From Bdellovibrionales bacterium (GTDB lineage Bacteria > Bdellovibrionota > Bdellovibrionia > Bdellovibrionales > JAMPXM01): a DNA stretch of 60,777 nt. The DNA lies in contig JAYTQQ010000191.1 of NCBI GenBank assembly GCA_043746635.1, positions 1-60,777 on the forward strand, given 5' to 3'. The notes under the pieces were generated by a model. That model was not told the origin of the DNA and searched no databases. It saw only the letters and a list, made by a program, of their open reading frames with translations. Position numbers and translations under genes: made by a program. Shown here in pieces: positions 35,647-45,247 of the stretch (within the stretch, counting starts at the first letter, position 1; each line of letters starts with the position of its first letter).

Positions 35647-36765
35647 CTAGACGCCGACGAGCGCTCGATATTTCTCGATAATTGAGCCGCTGATTTTTTC
35701 AAAACTAAACTCTTCGGTGATTCTTTTGCTCGCGCGGCTCCCGAATTCTTTCCATTTTGGTTGTGCCGAAAGTGCGCGTTTAAGGGCGTCACTTGCTGAA
35801 GACGGGTCTTCGGGTTCGAATAAAAACCCGGTTTGATTTTCGATTACGACGTCGGGAGTACCTCCAGATGAAGTTCCCAAAACGGGTAGGCCCGCAAGTT
35901 GCGCTTCGAGTAGGCTTAAAGCAAAACATTCTTTATACGAAGGAAGCGCGTAAAGATCGAGACCTGGCATATATTTGAAGGAGTCGCTCATAGCACCCTT
36001 GAAGTGAACGCGCTCTGCCAATGAAGGAGAAAGCAAGCTATGATATTTCTCGATTGCTTCGGCGTAGGCCCAAGCTTTTGGATCGTCTTCGGTGCGTCCG
36101 CCGATAAAAACTAAGTGAAGTCTCGGTTCAGAAGTCATGAGAGGGATAGCGCCTTCAAGAAATTCTTTAATTCCTTTTTGGGGATCAATTCGGCTCACGA
36201 GACCTACGACGATGGCGTCTTGATCAACGCCAAGAGCTTTGCGGGCAACTTCTCTTTTTAAAAATCCGCCGAAAGTTTTTTCGATATCACGGCCGTAACG
36301 AATAACTTTAATTTTATCTTTCGCAATGGGTATATATTTTTGCAAGAGGCTTTGTGCCGGCAAGCTTGAGCACCACATTTCGTCAACGAACAGATATTCG
36401 AAAAAATGAATCGGATCTTTTTTCGAATGACTAATGAGGATATGGGTTTGTAAAACGACTTTCGGTAAGGCGATGCCACGAAGCTTTGCACCGATCAGGC
36501 TTGGCAAAACGACGGCAAGATCTTGAGTGCTATGAAGATGAATGACTTGCCAGCGTTTTGCCCGGATCCCTAAGCCTAACTCTTTGCGACTGAATATAGT
36601 AGAAATTTCCGAAGACGCACATTTTTCGGCAAGCCGAGACGCGGGCAACACCATCATGGTGATATTAAGCCCGCGGGCCTTCTGGTCGGCCGCGAGCGAA
36701 AAAGCGTAAGCTTCTAAGCCAGAAAAACTCGGGCGCGGGCAAACGTGCAAGATAGATAAACTCAT
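35647..36765 (-). CDS. Glycosyltransferase family 4 (GT-B fold)
   Basis: C-terminal domain motif LPSYKECFALSLLEAQLAGLPVLGTSSGGTPDVVIENQTGFLFEPED (EX7E-type). Confidence 0.8.
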   Translation of the reverse strand: MSLSILHVCPRPSFSGLEAYAFSLAADQKARGLNITMMVLPASRLAEKCASSEISTIFSRKELGLGIRAKRWQVIHLHSTQDLAVVLPSLIGAKLRGIALPKVVLQTHILISHSKKDPIHFFEYLFVDEMWCSSLPAQSLLQKYIPIAKDKIKVIRYGRDIEKTFGGFLKREVARKALGVDQDAIVVGLVSRIDPQKGIKEFLEGAIPLMTSEPRLHLVFIGGRTEDDPKAWAYAEAIEKYHSLLSPSLAERVHFKGAMSDSFKYMPGLDLYALPSYKECFALSLLEAQLAGLPVLGTSSGGTPDVVIENQTGFLFEPEDPSSASDALKRALSAQPKWKEFGSRASKRITEEFSFEKISGSIIEKYRALVGV

Positions 36766-37571
36766 TTTTTAAGAATTGCCTTTGCTATTTCGACAAAGCC
36801 TTGGCCGCCTTCGAGGCTTGCCACGAAGCTTGGCTTGCTGTTGAGTTGCGATTCGAAATTTTTGATGTTCGCGACCGCAAACGAATTTTCGAAGAAGCTG
36901 AACATCGGTTCGTCGTTAGGAGAGTCGCCGGAGAAAGCAAATTTTTTCTGGGTTCGTTCTAAGTCTAACCCTAGCTCTTCGCGGGCAAAAATCTTGCACA
37001 TTGAAAGTTTATCGTAACTTCCGAACCAGGCGTTCACGTGAATCGAAGAAATCTTTGCCGTTGCCCCGGCCTCCTCAAAGAGGCTCACGATCCTTTGTAC
37101 TTCACTTTGGGGCAAGGCCGGAACATCTTCGCAGAAATCAATCGCCACATCCATCAACCGCGAAAACTGATCACTCGCGAGGGCGGAGCCTTTTACTTTT
37201 TGTAAAATTTCGATCGCGAGCTTATCGAGACGTACGCGATTTTGAAGACGGATCACTTCATCGACAACAAAATGCCTGAGCATTTTTTTATTATGGTAGC
37301 GAAAATAAAATGCACCGTTTTCTCCGACGACTCCTCCAACGGGCCAAAGTCTTGCGATCATTTCACACCAGCCAGCCGGACGTCCCGTGACGGGAACAAC
37401 CGTTACGCCGAGATCTTGGAGGGTCCAAAGGGCTTGATAAGCATCGGCGTGAAGCTGACCTTGGTCGGTGAGTGTGTCGTCGATATCCGTAAAGAGATAT
37501 TGAACTTCAGTGTTTGCAAAATTCGAAAGCGACTGCATTTTGGCGAGGGCGTGAACCGATTTTGCTTCCAT
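36762..37571 (-). CDS. HAD-IIB family sugar-phosphate phosphatase-like hydrolase
   Basis: Motif I is FTDIDDTLT, motif II is VTGRP, and motif IV is SGDSPNDEPMF. The gene overlaps the downstream GT4 gene by 4 nt. Confidence 0.75.
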   Translation of the reverse strand: MEAKSVHALAKMQSLSNFANTEVQYLFTDIDDTLTDQGQLHADAYQALWTLQDLGVTVVPVTGRPAGWCEMIARLWPVGGVVGENGAFYFRYHNKKMLRHFVVDEVIRLQNRVRLDKLAIEILQKVKGSALASDQFSRLMDVAIDFCEDVPALPQSEVQRIVSLFEEAGATAKISSIHVNAWFGSYDKLSMCKIFAREELGLDLERTQKKFAFSGDSPNDEPMFSFFENSFAVANIKNFESQLNSKPSFVASLEGGQGFVEIAKAILKK

Positions 37572-37691
37572 ATTGAGTGAACTCCGTTTCGAACTTCTTA
37601 GCCGTACTCAAAGATACTGCGTCAAAATTTCTACTTGCAAGATTTGAGTTGTACCCTCATTTTTATGAAGAGCACAAAAGGATTTTCATTC

Positions 37692-40538
37692 ATGAGTAAA
37701 AAATCTCTGGCCGGTAAAACACTTGTCATCGTTGAGTCTCCGACCAAAGCTAAAACAATTCGAAAATTTTTAGGCAAAGATTTTATCGTCGAAAGTTGCA
37801 TGGGACATGTTCGCGATTTGCCTCAATCTGCTAAGGATATTCCTGAAAAAATTAAAAAGCAAAAGTGGGCGAGTCTAGGTGTGGATGTCGACCACGATTT
37901 TGAGCCCGTTTACTGTGTGCCTAAAAATAAAGTGAAGATTGTTAAAGAACTCAAAGATAAGTTAGCCGAAGCAAGCTTTCTCTACCTCGCAACGGACGAA
38001 GACAGAGAAGGAGAAAGTATCTCGTGGCATTTACTTGAGACTCTAAAGCCAAAAGTTCCTTATAAGCGCATGGTTTTTCACGAGATCACCAAAGACGCGA
38101 TTCAAAAATCTCTTAAAGATGTCAGAGAAATCGATTTTAATCTCGTCAAAGCTCAAGAAGCGAGACGTATTCTGGATCGTTTGGTGGGTTACACGATCTC
38201 TCCCCTTATCTGGAAAAAAATTGCTTACGGTTTGTCGGCAGGTCGAGTTCAATCGGTTGCCGTGAAACTCTTAGTCGAGCGTGAGCACGAGCGCATTAAA
38301 TTTAAGCGTTCGCAGTATTGGGATATTCAGGGCCAAAATGAAAAAGATGACGTGCCCTTCGAGACAAAACTCAACTCCTATAAATCAAAACGTATCGCAA
38401 GCGGAAAAGACTTTGATTCAACGACGGGCGCTTTACTTGCAGACAAAAAGAATGAAGTCATACATCTCGATGCGGCAGGGGCGAATAGGCTTCTCAAAGA
38501 ACTCCAAAATCAAGCTTGGAAAACTACCGAAGTCGAACAGAAGCCTTTTTCTCGAAAACCGCCGGCTCCTTTTATTACTTCGACTCTTCAGCAGGAGTCG
38601 AACCGAAAACTCAGTCTCAGCGCGAGAGAGACCATGCAAGTGGCGCAAAGTTTATATGAGCAAGGTTTCATTACTTATATGAGAACTGATTCAACATTCT
38701 TGTCGACCGAGGCTCTTGAATCAGCGCGAGCACGCATTCTTGATCTGTACGGTAAAGAATATTTGCCCGAAGAAGCACGTCGATACGAAGGCAAAAAAGC
38801 AAAGGGCGCTCAAGAAGCGCATGAAGCAATCAGACCTTCGGGAACAACGTTTTCGACTCCGGACGAAACGGGTCTTAAAGGTCCGCAGTATAAATTATAC
38901 GAACTCATTTGGAAGCGCACGATGGCGAGCCAAATGGTGAACTCGAAACAAAATCAGGTCAGCGTGCGGTTTCAAGTCGGCGAAGCACTCTTTGCAGCGA
39001 ACGGAATGACGATTGAGTTTCCAGGATTTTTGCGTGCTTACGTAGAGGGTTCTGATGACGAACAAGGTTCACTCGACGAACGTGAAGTGCGATTGCCTGA
39101 TCTTAAAGTGGGCGACGTTATTAAGTGTCAAACGCTTGAGGTGAGCGAACACGAAACGAAACCTCCGGCAAGATATACAGATGCGAGTCTTGTCCAAACG
39201 ATGGAAAAAGAAGGGATCGGTCGACCGTCAACATACGCCGCGGTTATCAGTACGATCATTGACCGCGGTTATTCGAAACGTTTAGCGAACGCTTTGACTC
39301 CTACTTTTACGGCGATGGTCGTTGCGAAGTTATTGCAGCAACACCTTCCTCAGTATGTTGATCTCGGATTTACTTCATCGATGGAAAAATCGCTCGATGA
39401 CATTGCTGATGGCGATCTCGATGAGAAAAAATATCTGAAGTCTGTTTACTTCGGCGAAAAGGGTTTGCTCAAGCAAGTTGAATCTCAAGAAAAGAAAATT
39501 GATCCGGACGAAGCAAGGTCGATTAATCTCGAAGGGCTCGAGGGATTGAGTTTTCGCGTTGGGCGTTTCGGCGCTTACGTCAGCGTGATGCAAGCCAACG
39601 GCGAAGAGGTGAGTGCCTCCCTGCCCGAAGCCCAATCGCCCGCGGATATTACGAGAGAGATCGTTGATAAACTGATCGATCAAAAAATCAATGGTTCGGA
39701 TGCGCTCGGTATTGACCCACTGACGAACTTGAAAATTTATGTTTTAACGGGTCGTTATGGGCCTTACGTACAGCTCGGCGAATCGACCGGTGAAGATGCT
39801 AAGCCGAAGCGCGTGAGTATTCCTCCGCAGATGCCGGTTGAGTCGGTCGGGCTTGCTCAAGCTCAAGAGCTGTTGCAGCTTCCAAAAACTTTAGGCGCCC
39901 ATCCGGGAACTGGCAAAGAGGTGAAGGCAGGCCTCGGCCGCTTTGGTCCTTACATTGTTCATGACGGAGATTTCAGGTCTATTCCTAAAACAGATAATCT
40001 TTTTGAAATTAAATTTGATCGCGCACTCGAACTTCTTGCCCAGCCTAAAAAAGGTCGCGGACGTTCGGCTCCGATTAAAGAACTTGGTAAGCATCCTGAG
40101 TCGGGTGAAGACGTTCAAGTATACAGTGGTAAATTTGGTCCTTATATCAAAACCGGTAAGTACAATGTTTCGGTTTCAGAGAACATAAAGCCTGAAGATA
40201 TCACGATGGCACAAGCTCTCGAACTTTTTGAAAATAAAAATATGGATACGAGCAAAGCTTCCGGAAAGCCTCCGGCAAAAGCTTCGGCCAAGAAAGCCTC
40301 CGCCGCAAAAGCTGATCCTAAGCCAAAAGTTTTCGTCAAAACAAAAGCGCCTTCCAAAGTCGTAACGGCGGCATCTCCAAAGCCCGTTATTTCGAAACCA
40401 AAATCGGTGATGGTGATTGCAAAACCAAACGATCCTAATAAGAGAAGAGCGGTGAAAGCTTCACCAATCCCGCCTATTAAAACAAAAGAAAAACCGACTG
40501 AAAATAAAGCTCAGCCGGCCCGCCTTAACAAACGTTAA
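37692..40538 (+). CDS. topA: DNA topoisomerase I with cysteine-free C-terminal repeats and Lys-rich tail
   Basis: Toprim motif IVESPTKAKTI. Active-site Tyr context GFITYMRTDS. Four repeats of G(R/K)(F/Y)G(A/P)Y and no Cys in the C-terminal domain. The tail is KPPAKASAKKASAAKADPKPK.... I moved the start to ATG 37692. Confidence 0.92.
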   Translation: MSKKSLAGKTLVIVESPTKAKTIRKFLGKDFIVESCMGHVRDLPQSAKDIPEKIKKQKWASLGVDVDHDFEPVYCVPKNKVKIVKELKDKLAEASFLYLATDEDREGESISWHLLETLKPKVPYKRMVFHEITKDAIQKSLKDVREIDFNLVKAQEARRILDRLVGYTISPLIWKKIAYGLSAGRVQSVAVKLLVEREHERIKFKRSQYWDIQGQNEKDDVPFETKLNSYKSKRIASGKDFDSTTGALLADKKNEVIHLDAAGANRLLKELQNQAWKTTEVEQKPFSRKPPAPFITSTLQQESNRKLSLSARETMQVAQSLYEQGFITYMRTDSTFLSTEALESARARILDLYGKEYLPEEARRYEGKKAKGAQEAHEAIRPSGTTFSTPDETGLKGPQYKLYELIWKRTMASQMVNSKQNQVSVRFQVGEALFAANGMTIEFPGFLRAYVEGSDDEQGSLDEREVRLPDLKVGDVIKCQTLEVSEHETKPPARYTDASLVQTMEKEGIGRPSTYAAVISTIIDRGYSKRLANALTPTFTAMVVAKLLQQHLPQYVDLGFTSSMEKSLDDIADGDLDEKKYLKSVYFGEKGLLKQVESQEKKIDPDEARSINLEGLEGLSFRVGRFGAYVSVMQANGEEVSASLPEAQSPADITREIVDKLIDQKINGSDALGIDPLTNLKIYVLTGRYGPYVQLGESTGEDAKPKRVSIPPQMPVESVGLAQAQELLQLPKTLGAHPGTGKEVKAGLGRFGPYIVHDGDFRSIPKTDNLFEIKFDRALELLAQPKKGRGRSAPIKELGKHPESGEDVQVYSGKFGPYIKTGKYNVSVSENIKPEDITMAQALELFENKNMDTSKASGKPPAKASAKKASAAKADPKPKVFVKTKAPSKVVTAASPKPVISKPKSVMVIAKPNDPNKRRAVKASPIPPIKTKEKPTENKAQPARLNKR

Positions 40539-40684
40539 AACTCCCCGTTTTTACAGGGCCCGTGACTTTTTTGGTCAAGACTTTGATCGAAACCGCACAT
40601 GAGATCGATTCAATTTCACGGCCCGCAATCTATTCAATGGCATAGTTCATGCTCTTTCGTATAGATGCGCCATGGGAGGCTTCA

Positions 40685-41242
40685 ATGAAAAGCATTCGAA
40701 AATTAGCAATACTTGGTACTCTTATTTTTTCAGTCCGCGCGATCGCAGTTGATCTTATGCCCGAAGCAATGAAATGGATGGGCGAGTACAGTCAGGCAAG
40801 CGCGATTCATTTCACCGGTCCGGGCGATGAAAAATCCTGCCAACTCGAAGCACCTGATGCGAAATGGGATGGCCGAGTTTGCGTCGAGACAACTCAAAAT
40901 AAAATTAATATTTCAAAGGTGAGTGATGATAAAACTGGAGAAAAATATTTAGTCCAAATCGGAATCATCGGCGGCAATATTCATACTTGTGATTTTGCTG
41001 GCGAAATGACTTTACAAAATGACAAGCTGGTTTACCAAGATGTGATTCCGGATCGAAAAGAAATTTGCAGAATCGAAATTGAACATCAGGGCACCGGGCT
41101 TAAAATGGCGGCGAGGGATAACTGTAGCGAATACTATTGTGGTTTTGGGCTTGTCTTAACGGGTACAGATCAAGTATTTAAACGTACAGGTGCCGGACAC
41201 GAAGTGACTTCCCAAACGGCCAAACAACAGGAGCAAGAATGA
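40685..41242 (+). CDS. Secreted Cys-containing hypothetical protein (185 aa)
   Basis: GGGAGG upstream of the ATG. Signal peptide MKSIRKLAILGTLIFSVRAIA. Seven Cys in the mature part. Q/E-rich tail. Confidence 0.6.
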   Translation: MKSIRKLAILGTLIFSVRAIAVDLMPEAMKWMGEYSQASAIHFTGPGDEKSCQLEAPDAKWDGRVCVETTQNKINISKVSDDKTGEKYLVQIGIIGGNIHTCDFAGEMTLQNDKLVYQDVIPDRKEICRIEIEHQGTGLKMAARDNCSEYYCGFGLVLTGTDQVFKRTGAGHEVTSQTAKQQEQE

Positions 41243-41655
41243 GAAATTGTATAGCTGCATTTATCTTTTTAGTGTCACCGATACTCTCGGCGGCGCCTGT
41301 TCAAAAAGATATGTGCAAGGTGCTCTTGTCTCATTTAGCGAGCGAGTACATCGGAGAATGCGATGGCACTTTATACACCGTGATCAATCAAACTCTCGAC
41401 GGATCGACACTCAACTTTAAGGTTAATGGCGCGCCGTTGATCCAAATTTTGATGAGTCCAACCCCCGAAGAAGATAATCTTTTGAAAAATTACGGTATTG
41501 AGTGCGATCGCGATCAAATCAATGTGACCTACAACCGTAGGTCTGATGGCATGCCGGTCCTCCAAAAATTACAGGTTTTGGATGGTGGCAAGCTCGGTCT
41601 TTTTAATGGCCTTGATTCTGAGAGCATTAGTTGCCTTCTCAATCCTAGTAAATAG
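41239..41655 (+). CDS. Secreted Cys-containing hypothetical protein (138 aa)
   Basis: ATGA overlap with the previous gene. Signal peptide MRNCIAAFIFLVSPILSA. Four Cys in the mature part. Confidence 0.6.
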   Translation: MRNCIAAFIFLVSPILSAAPVQKDMCKVLLSHLASEYIGECDGTLYTVINQTLDGSTLNFKVNGAPLIQILMSPTPEEDNLLKNYGIECDRDQINVTYNRRSDGMPVLQKLQVLDGGKLGLFNGLDSESISCLLNPSK

Positions 41656-41719
41656 TACAATTCACTTTCCAAATGATTTTGAACCTGATTTATGCTAGGC
41701 TCCCTCGCTAGAAAGCGAG

Positions 41720-42688
41720 TTGCACGTGATAACCGAAAAACTCAATTTTGCGAAAAACCTCCGTCCGGTGCAGTCTAAGCTCGCGGCGAATCAACGCGCC
41801 AAATTTTTCGGTCAACTCGAACTTCCGATCGAAAGAAAAACAGAAAAAGATCGCAACGCTGATCTGGGTGGTCGCAGTTTTTACTTTTTCGATTTCGATG
41901 ACAACGTCGCGTTTCTTACGACGCCAAGTTATATTTTTCATAAAGATACCGGCGCGGAACTTAAAATGTCGAGCGGTGAGTTCGCACAAGTTCATCGCAA
42001 CGTGGGTAAATCTGGGCCATACAAAAACTATCGAATCGACTTCAATGAAACGATCGGGACCTTTCGCAACTTTCGCGACAAGGATCTTTCTTGGATTGAA
42101 AAGCTCGTTGGAAAAAAGCAGTCTTTCGTTGAAGATTTAGCGGCCGCCCTCGAATTTCCTGATTTTCAGTGGAAGGGGCCATCTTGGAATTGTTTTCATC
42201 ACGCGACCCTCAATCAACGACCGATGGCGATCATTACGGCGCGTGGGCATTCACCGCATACCATCAAAGAAGGAATTTCTCTTCTCGTAAAAGAAGGTCA
42301 TATCCCGATGGAGCCAAACTATCTGGCGGTCTATCCAGTATCCAATCAAAAAGTGCGTGCCGAACTCGGTGATCCGAGTTTTGTTCTCAGCACCGCTGAA
42401 CTTAAAAAAGCCGCTATTCGCAAATCCGTCGACGAAGCCATCGCAAAATACGGTTACAGTCCTCATCATCGATTTGGAATGTCCGACGATGATCCCCACA
42501 ACATCGAACTCATCACAAGCGAGATGAAAGTCCTGAAAGGACTTTACCCCGAGATGAGTTTCTTTATTATCGAAACCCACAACGGCCAAGCCACCAAATG
42601 GGAAGTCTACAGAGATCACTCAGAAGCCAGCATGTGTGCGGAATCGACAAATGTGGAAGTTTTCGAACAGCTATCGATGCCGCTGTAG
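41720..42688 (+). CDS. HAD-superfamily-like hydrolase (non-ATG start)
   Basis: Only TTG 41720 or GTG 41726 is available as a start. Motif I-like FYFFDFDDNVAFL, motif II-like IITARGH and motif IV-like GMSDDDPHN. Confidence 0.5.
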   Translation: MHVITEKLNFAKNLRPVQSKLAANQRAKFFGQLELPIERKTEKDRNADLGGRSFYFFDFDDNVAFLTTPSYIFHKDTGAELKMSSGEFAQVHRNVGKSGPYKNYRIDFNETIGTFRNFRDKDLSWIEKLVGKKQSFVEDLAAALEFPDFQWKGPSWNCFHHATLNQRPMAIITARGHSPHTIKEGISLLVKEGHIPMEPNYLAVYPVSNQKVRAELGDPSFVLSTAELKKAAIRKSVDEAIAKYGYSPHHRFGMSDDDPHNIELITSEMKVLKGLYPEMSFFIIETHNGQATKWEVYRDHSEASMCAESTNVEVFEQLSMPL

Positions 42689-42971
42689 TCGTCGAGTTCG
42701 GTCGGAGGTGGTCTCGCCTTTTAGATGAGGTCGGGCTTAGGCGCCCCCACATCCATGGCCGACTGAGGTTCAAAACTGAAAGGCTTGCGAGACTTGTCTC
42801 AGGCCAAGACACCAATTGTTTGGAAACCTAGGATTTCGACTTCTGCCACCCAGTGGCAATTTAAGTTTATATAAAAGGCGAGTCATTTTAGCAAAGTTTT
42901 GGCGGATGACGGCCGATAGGCTTATCATATTAAAAAGCAATACGTTCTTGAATGCAGCTCGAAAGGCAAAA

Positions 42972-45152
42972 ATGAAAAAGCAAAACAATCGAAATCATTT
43001 TATGAATATGAAAAATGCAGCGGCCTTAGTTTTTGCGCTAATTTTGATTCCGCAAGTGGGATATTCACAACTTGCCAAGCAGGCTCCGAAGTCGGCGGGG
43101 CTTCAGTGTTTGCATTTGGATGCGATCGAGCGTGCCTACTTAAATTCTCATATCACTTTTAGCAGTCTGACGCCCCAACTCGAGCAACGCACGATTGAGC
43201 AGTATATTAAACGTATCGACGGTGCAAAAATTTATTTATTGAAAAGCGACGTTGAGCAAATCAAAAAAACTTTGCTAGCCGGAATGTTTTCAAAAATCAA
43301 AGATCGCAATTGTAAACCTCTTGATGAAGTTCAAGCTCTTTTTACAAAAAGAGTTGAAGAACGCGTGAAATTTGCGACCGAAACTCTCGCTAAAAAAGAC
43401 TGGAAGTTCGATTCTAAAACAGAATTGATGCTCGATCCAGAAAGCCGTGAGTTCGCAAAAACAAAAGCCGAAGCAGAAAAATTTCAGCTAAAATATATAC
43501 AGTTTCAAGTTTCAAATTACCTCGCAACGGGTGACTCGGATGCATCGGCAGCGACCGCTCCAAAGGGTGAAGTTGCGGGCGGAGCAGACACTAAAAAGCT
43601 AAATCCGATGATGCCAACACAAGCAAGCATCAATGAAGCAAAAGGCAACGTTTCACGTAGTTACGATCGCCAATTTAAAAAATTAGGGGAGCTCAGCAAA
43701 GATGATATATATGCGGGCTACCTCGATTCTTTCGCGCGCGCCCTTGACCCACACTCAAGCTATTTTTCTTCTGATTACTATGAAGATTTCAATATCCAAA
43801 TGGGTTTGAAACTTGAAGGTATCGGCGCGACTCTGAGCTCTCAAGACGGGTTCACAGTGGTCGAGCAATTGATTTCTGGAGGAGCCGCAAAACTTTCTGG
43901 TTTAATTCAACCACAAGATCGTATCGTGGCGGTTGGTCAGTTTAATGACAAAGGTGAGACCGATAAGATGGTGAACGTTGTCGAGATGGATCTTCGTGAT
44001 GTAGTTCGCCTCATCCGTGGACCAAAAGGCACTAAAGTAATGCTCACAATTATGCGCCGTGGAGCTGAAGGCAAAGAGCGCTTCAACGTTACGCTCAATC
44101 GCGCACAGATTAAATTAGAAGATGACGCCGCTTCAATTTCTTATATCGACAAAGATGTGAACGGTGCTAAAAAGAAAATTGCTGTTTTAAATCTTCCATC
44201 ATTTTATTCGGATTCGAAACCGGGCGGACGTTCGGCAGCCACTGACATGAAAGTTTTGCTAAAAGAAGCTCGTGATAAAAAAGCCGAGGCTCTCATCCTA
44301 GACCTTTCAAATGACGGCGGCGGAAGCTTAGAAGACGCAGTTAAAATCGCGGGATTTTTCTTTAAAACGGGTAACGTCGTGAAACAATCGACACATACTC
44401 CAGAAGATGAAATTTTATTTAAGGATAAAGATACTGATGTTGATTGGGATGGTCCGACTCTTGTTTTGACGAGCCGAATTTCTGCTAGCGCATCTGAGAT
44501 TGTTGCGGCAACCTTAAAAGATTACCAACGTGCGGTGATCGTTGGTGGCGACCACACTTTCGGTAAAGGAACGGTTCAGTCGGTGATGCCGATTCCGACG
44601 GGATTGGGCGCTTTGAAAGTCACGGTTGGTATGTTTTATACTCCAGGTGGTTTTTCGACTCAGCATCGTGGAGTTGAAGCAGACGTTCTTCTTCCGGGTA
44701 TTTTTTCGACAGATGAAATTGGTGAGCAATTCTTGGATTACTCACTCCCTAAGTCTCAAGTAAAACCATTCTTGTCTGAAGAAGCCTACGTAACTTCTGG
44801 TCCTGGAACGTGGAAAAAAGTTGAAAAGCCAACTCTTGAATACCTTCGAAAACAAAGCGAAGTTCGAGTTGCGAAAAGCACTGATTTTCAGAAAATCAAA
44901 ACAGATTTAAAGAAAACCAAAGAGCGTGGCAAGATCATTAAACTTTCGGATGCCTTAAAAGACACCAAAGAAAAGAAGTCTGAAAAAGATAAGAAAAAAG
45001 AAGAAAGCCAAGACGAAAAAGTGGCAGATTATTTGAAGCGCGCTGACATTCAGGAGGCCGCGAACGTGGCTGTTGATTTAATCGAAGCTAATGCGAAACC
45101 AAGCATTATCTTGAGCGGCAAAGGTCAAAAAGACTTTAGCGCCCACGAGTAG
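42972..45152 (+). CDS. prc: Tail-specific (C-terminal processing) protease, S41 family
   Basis: Signal peptide AAALVFALILIPQVGYSQ. A PDZ region is present. The catalytic region carries RISASASEIVAATLKD and FGKGTVQ. Starts at 42972, 43002 and 43008 are all possible. Confidence 0.85.
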   Translation: MKKQNNRNHFMNMKNAAALVFALILIPQVGYSQLAKQAPKSAGLQCLHLDAIERAYLNSHITFSSLTPQLEQRTIEQYIKRIDGAKIYLLKSDVEQIKKTLLAGMFSKIKDRNCKPLDEVQALFTKRVEERVKFATETLAKKDWKFDSKTELMLDPESREFAKTKAEAEKFQLKYIQFQVSNYLATGDSDASAATAPKGEVAGGADTKKLNPMMPTQASINEAKGNVSRSYDRQFKKLGELSKDDIYAGYLDSFARALDPHSSYFSSDYYEDFNIQMGLKLEGIGATLSSQDGFTVVEQLISGGAAKLSGLIQPQDRIVAVGQFNDKGETDKMVNVVEMDLRDVVRLIRGPKGTKVMLTIMRRGAEGKERFNVTLNRAQIKLEDDAASISYIDKDVNGAKKKIAVLNLPSFYSDSKPGGRSAATDMKVLLKEARDKKAEALILDLSNDGGGSLEDAVKIAGFFFKTGNVVKQSTHTPEDEILFKDKDTDVDWDGPTLVLTSRISASASEIVAATLKDYQRAVIVGGDHTFGKGTVQSVMPIPTGLGALKVTVGMFYTPGGFSTQHRGVEADVLLPGIFSTDEIGEQFLDYSLPKSQVKPFLSEEAYVTSGPGTWKKVEKPTLEYLRKQSEVRVAKSTDFQKIKTDLKKTKERGKIIKLSDALKDTKEKKSEKDKKKEESQDEKVADYLKRADIQEAANVAVDLIEANAKPSIILSGKGQKDFSAHE

Positions 45153-45164
45153 ATTTGAGTCTTG

Positions 45165-45192
45165 AAAGGTAGCGTAGCTACGCGCCTTTTTT
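45165..45192 (+). terminator. Rho-independent terminator after prc
   Basis: aaaggtagcgtagctacgcgcc forms a GC-rich stem around the palindrome gcgtagctacgc, followed by TTTTTT. Confidence 0.65.
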
Positions 45193-45247
45193 CGTTTCAG
45201 GGCAGAACATAGATGACAGCGTACACAAGTTGTTTTACGAATGATCC

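Noticed and set aside
42840-42870. Possible sigma-54 -24/-12 element (TGGCAATTTAAGTTTA) in the 283-nt gap upstream of prc
   Set aside because: The GG is present but no GC lies at the correct 10-nt spacing. It does not fit TGGCAC-N5-TTGCW.
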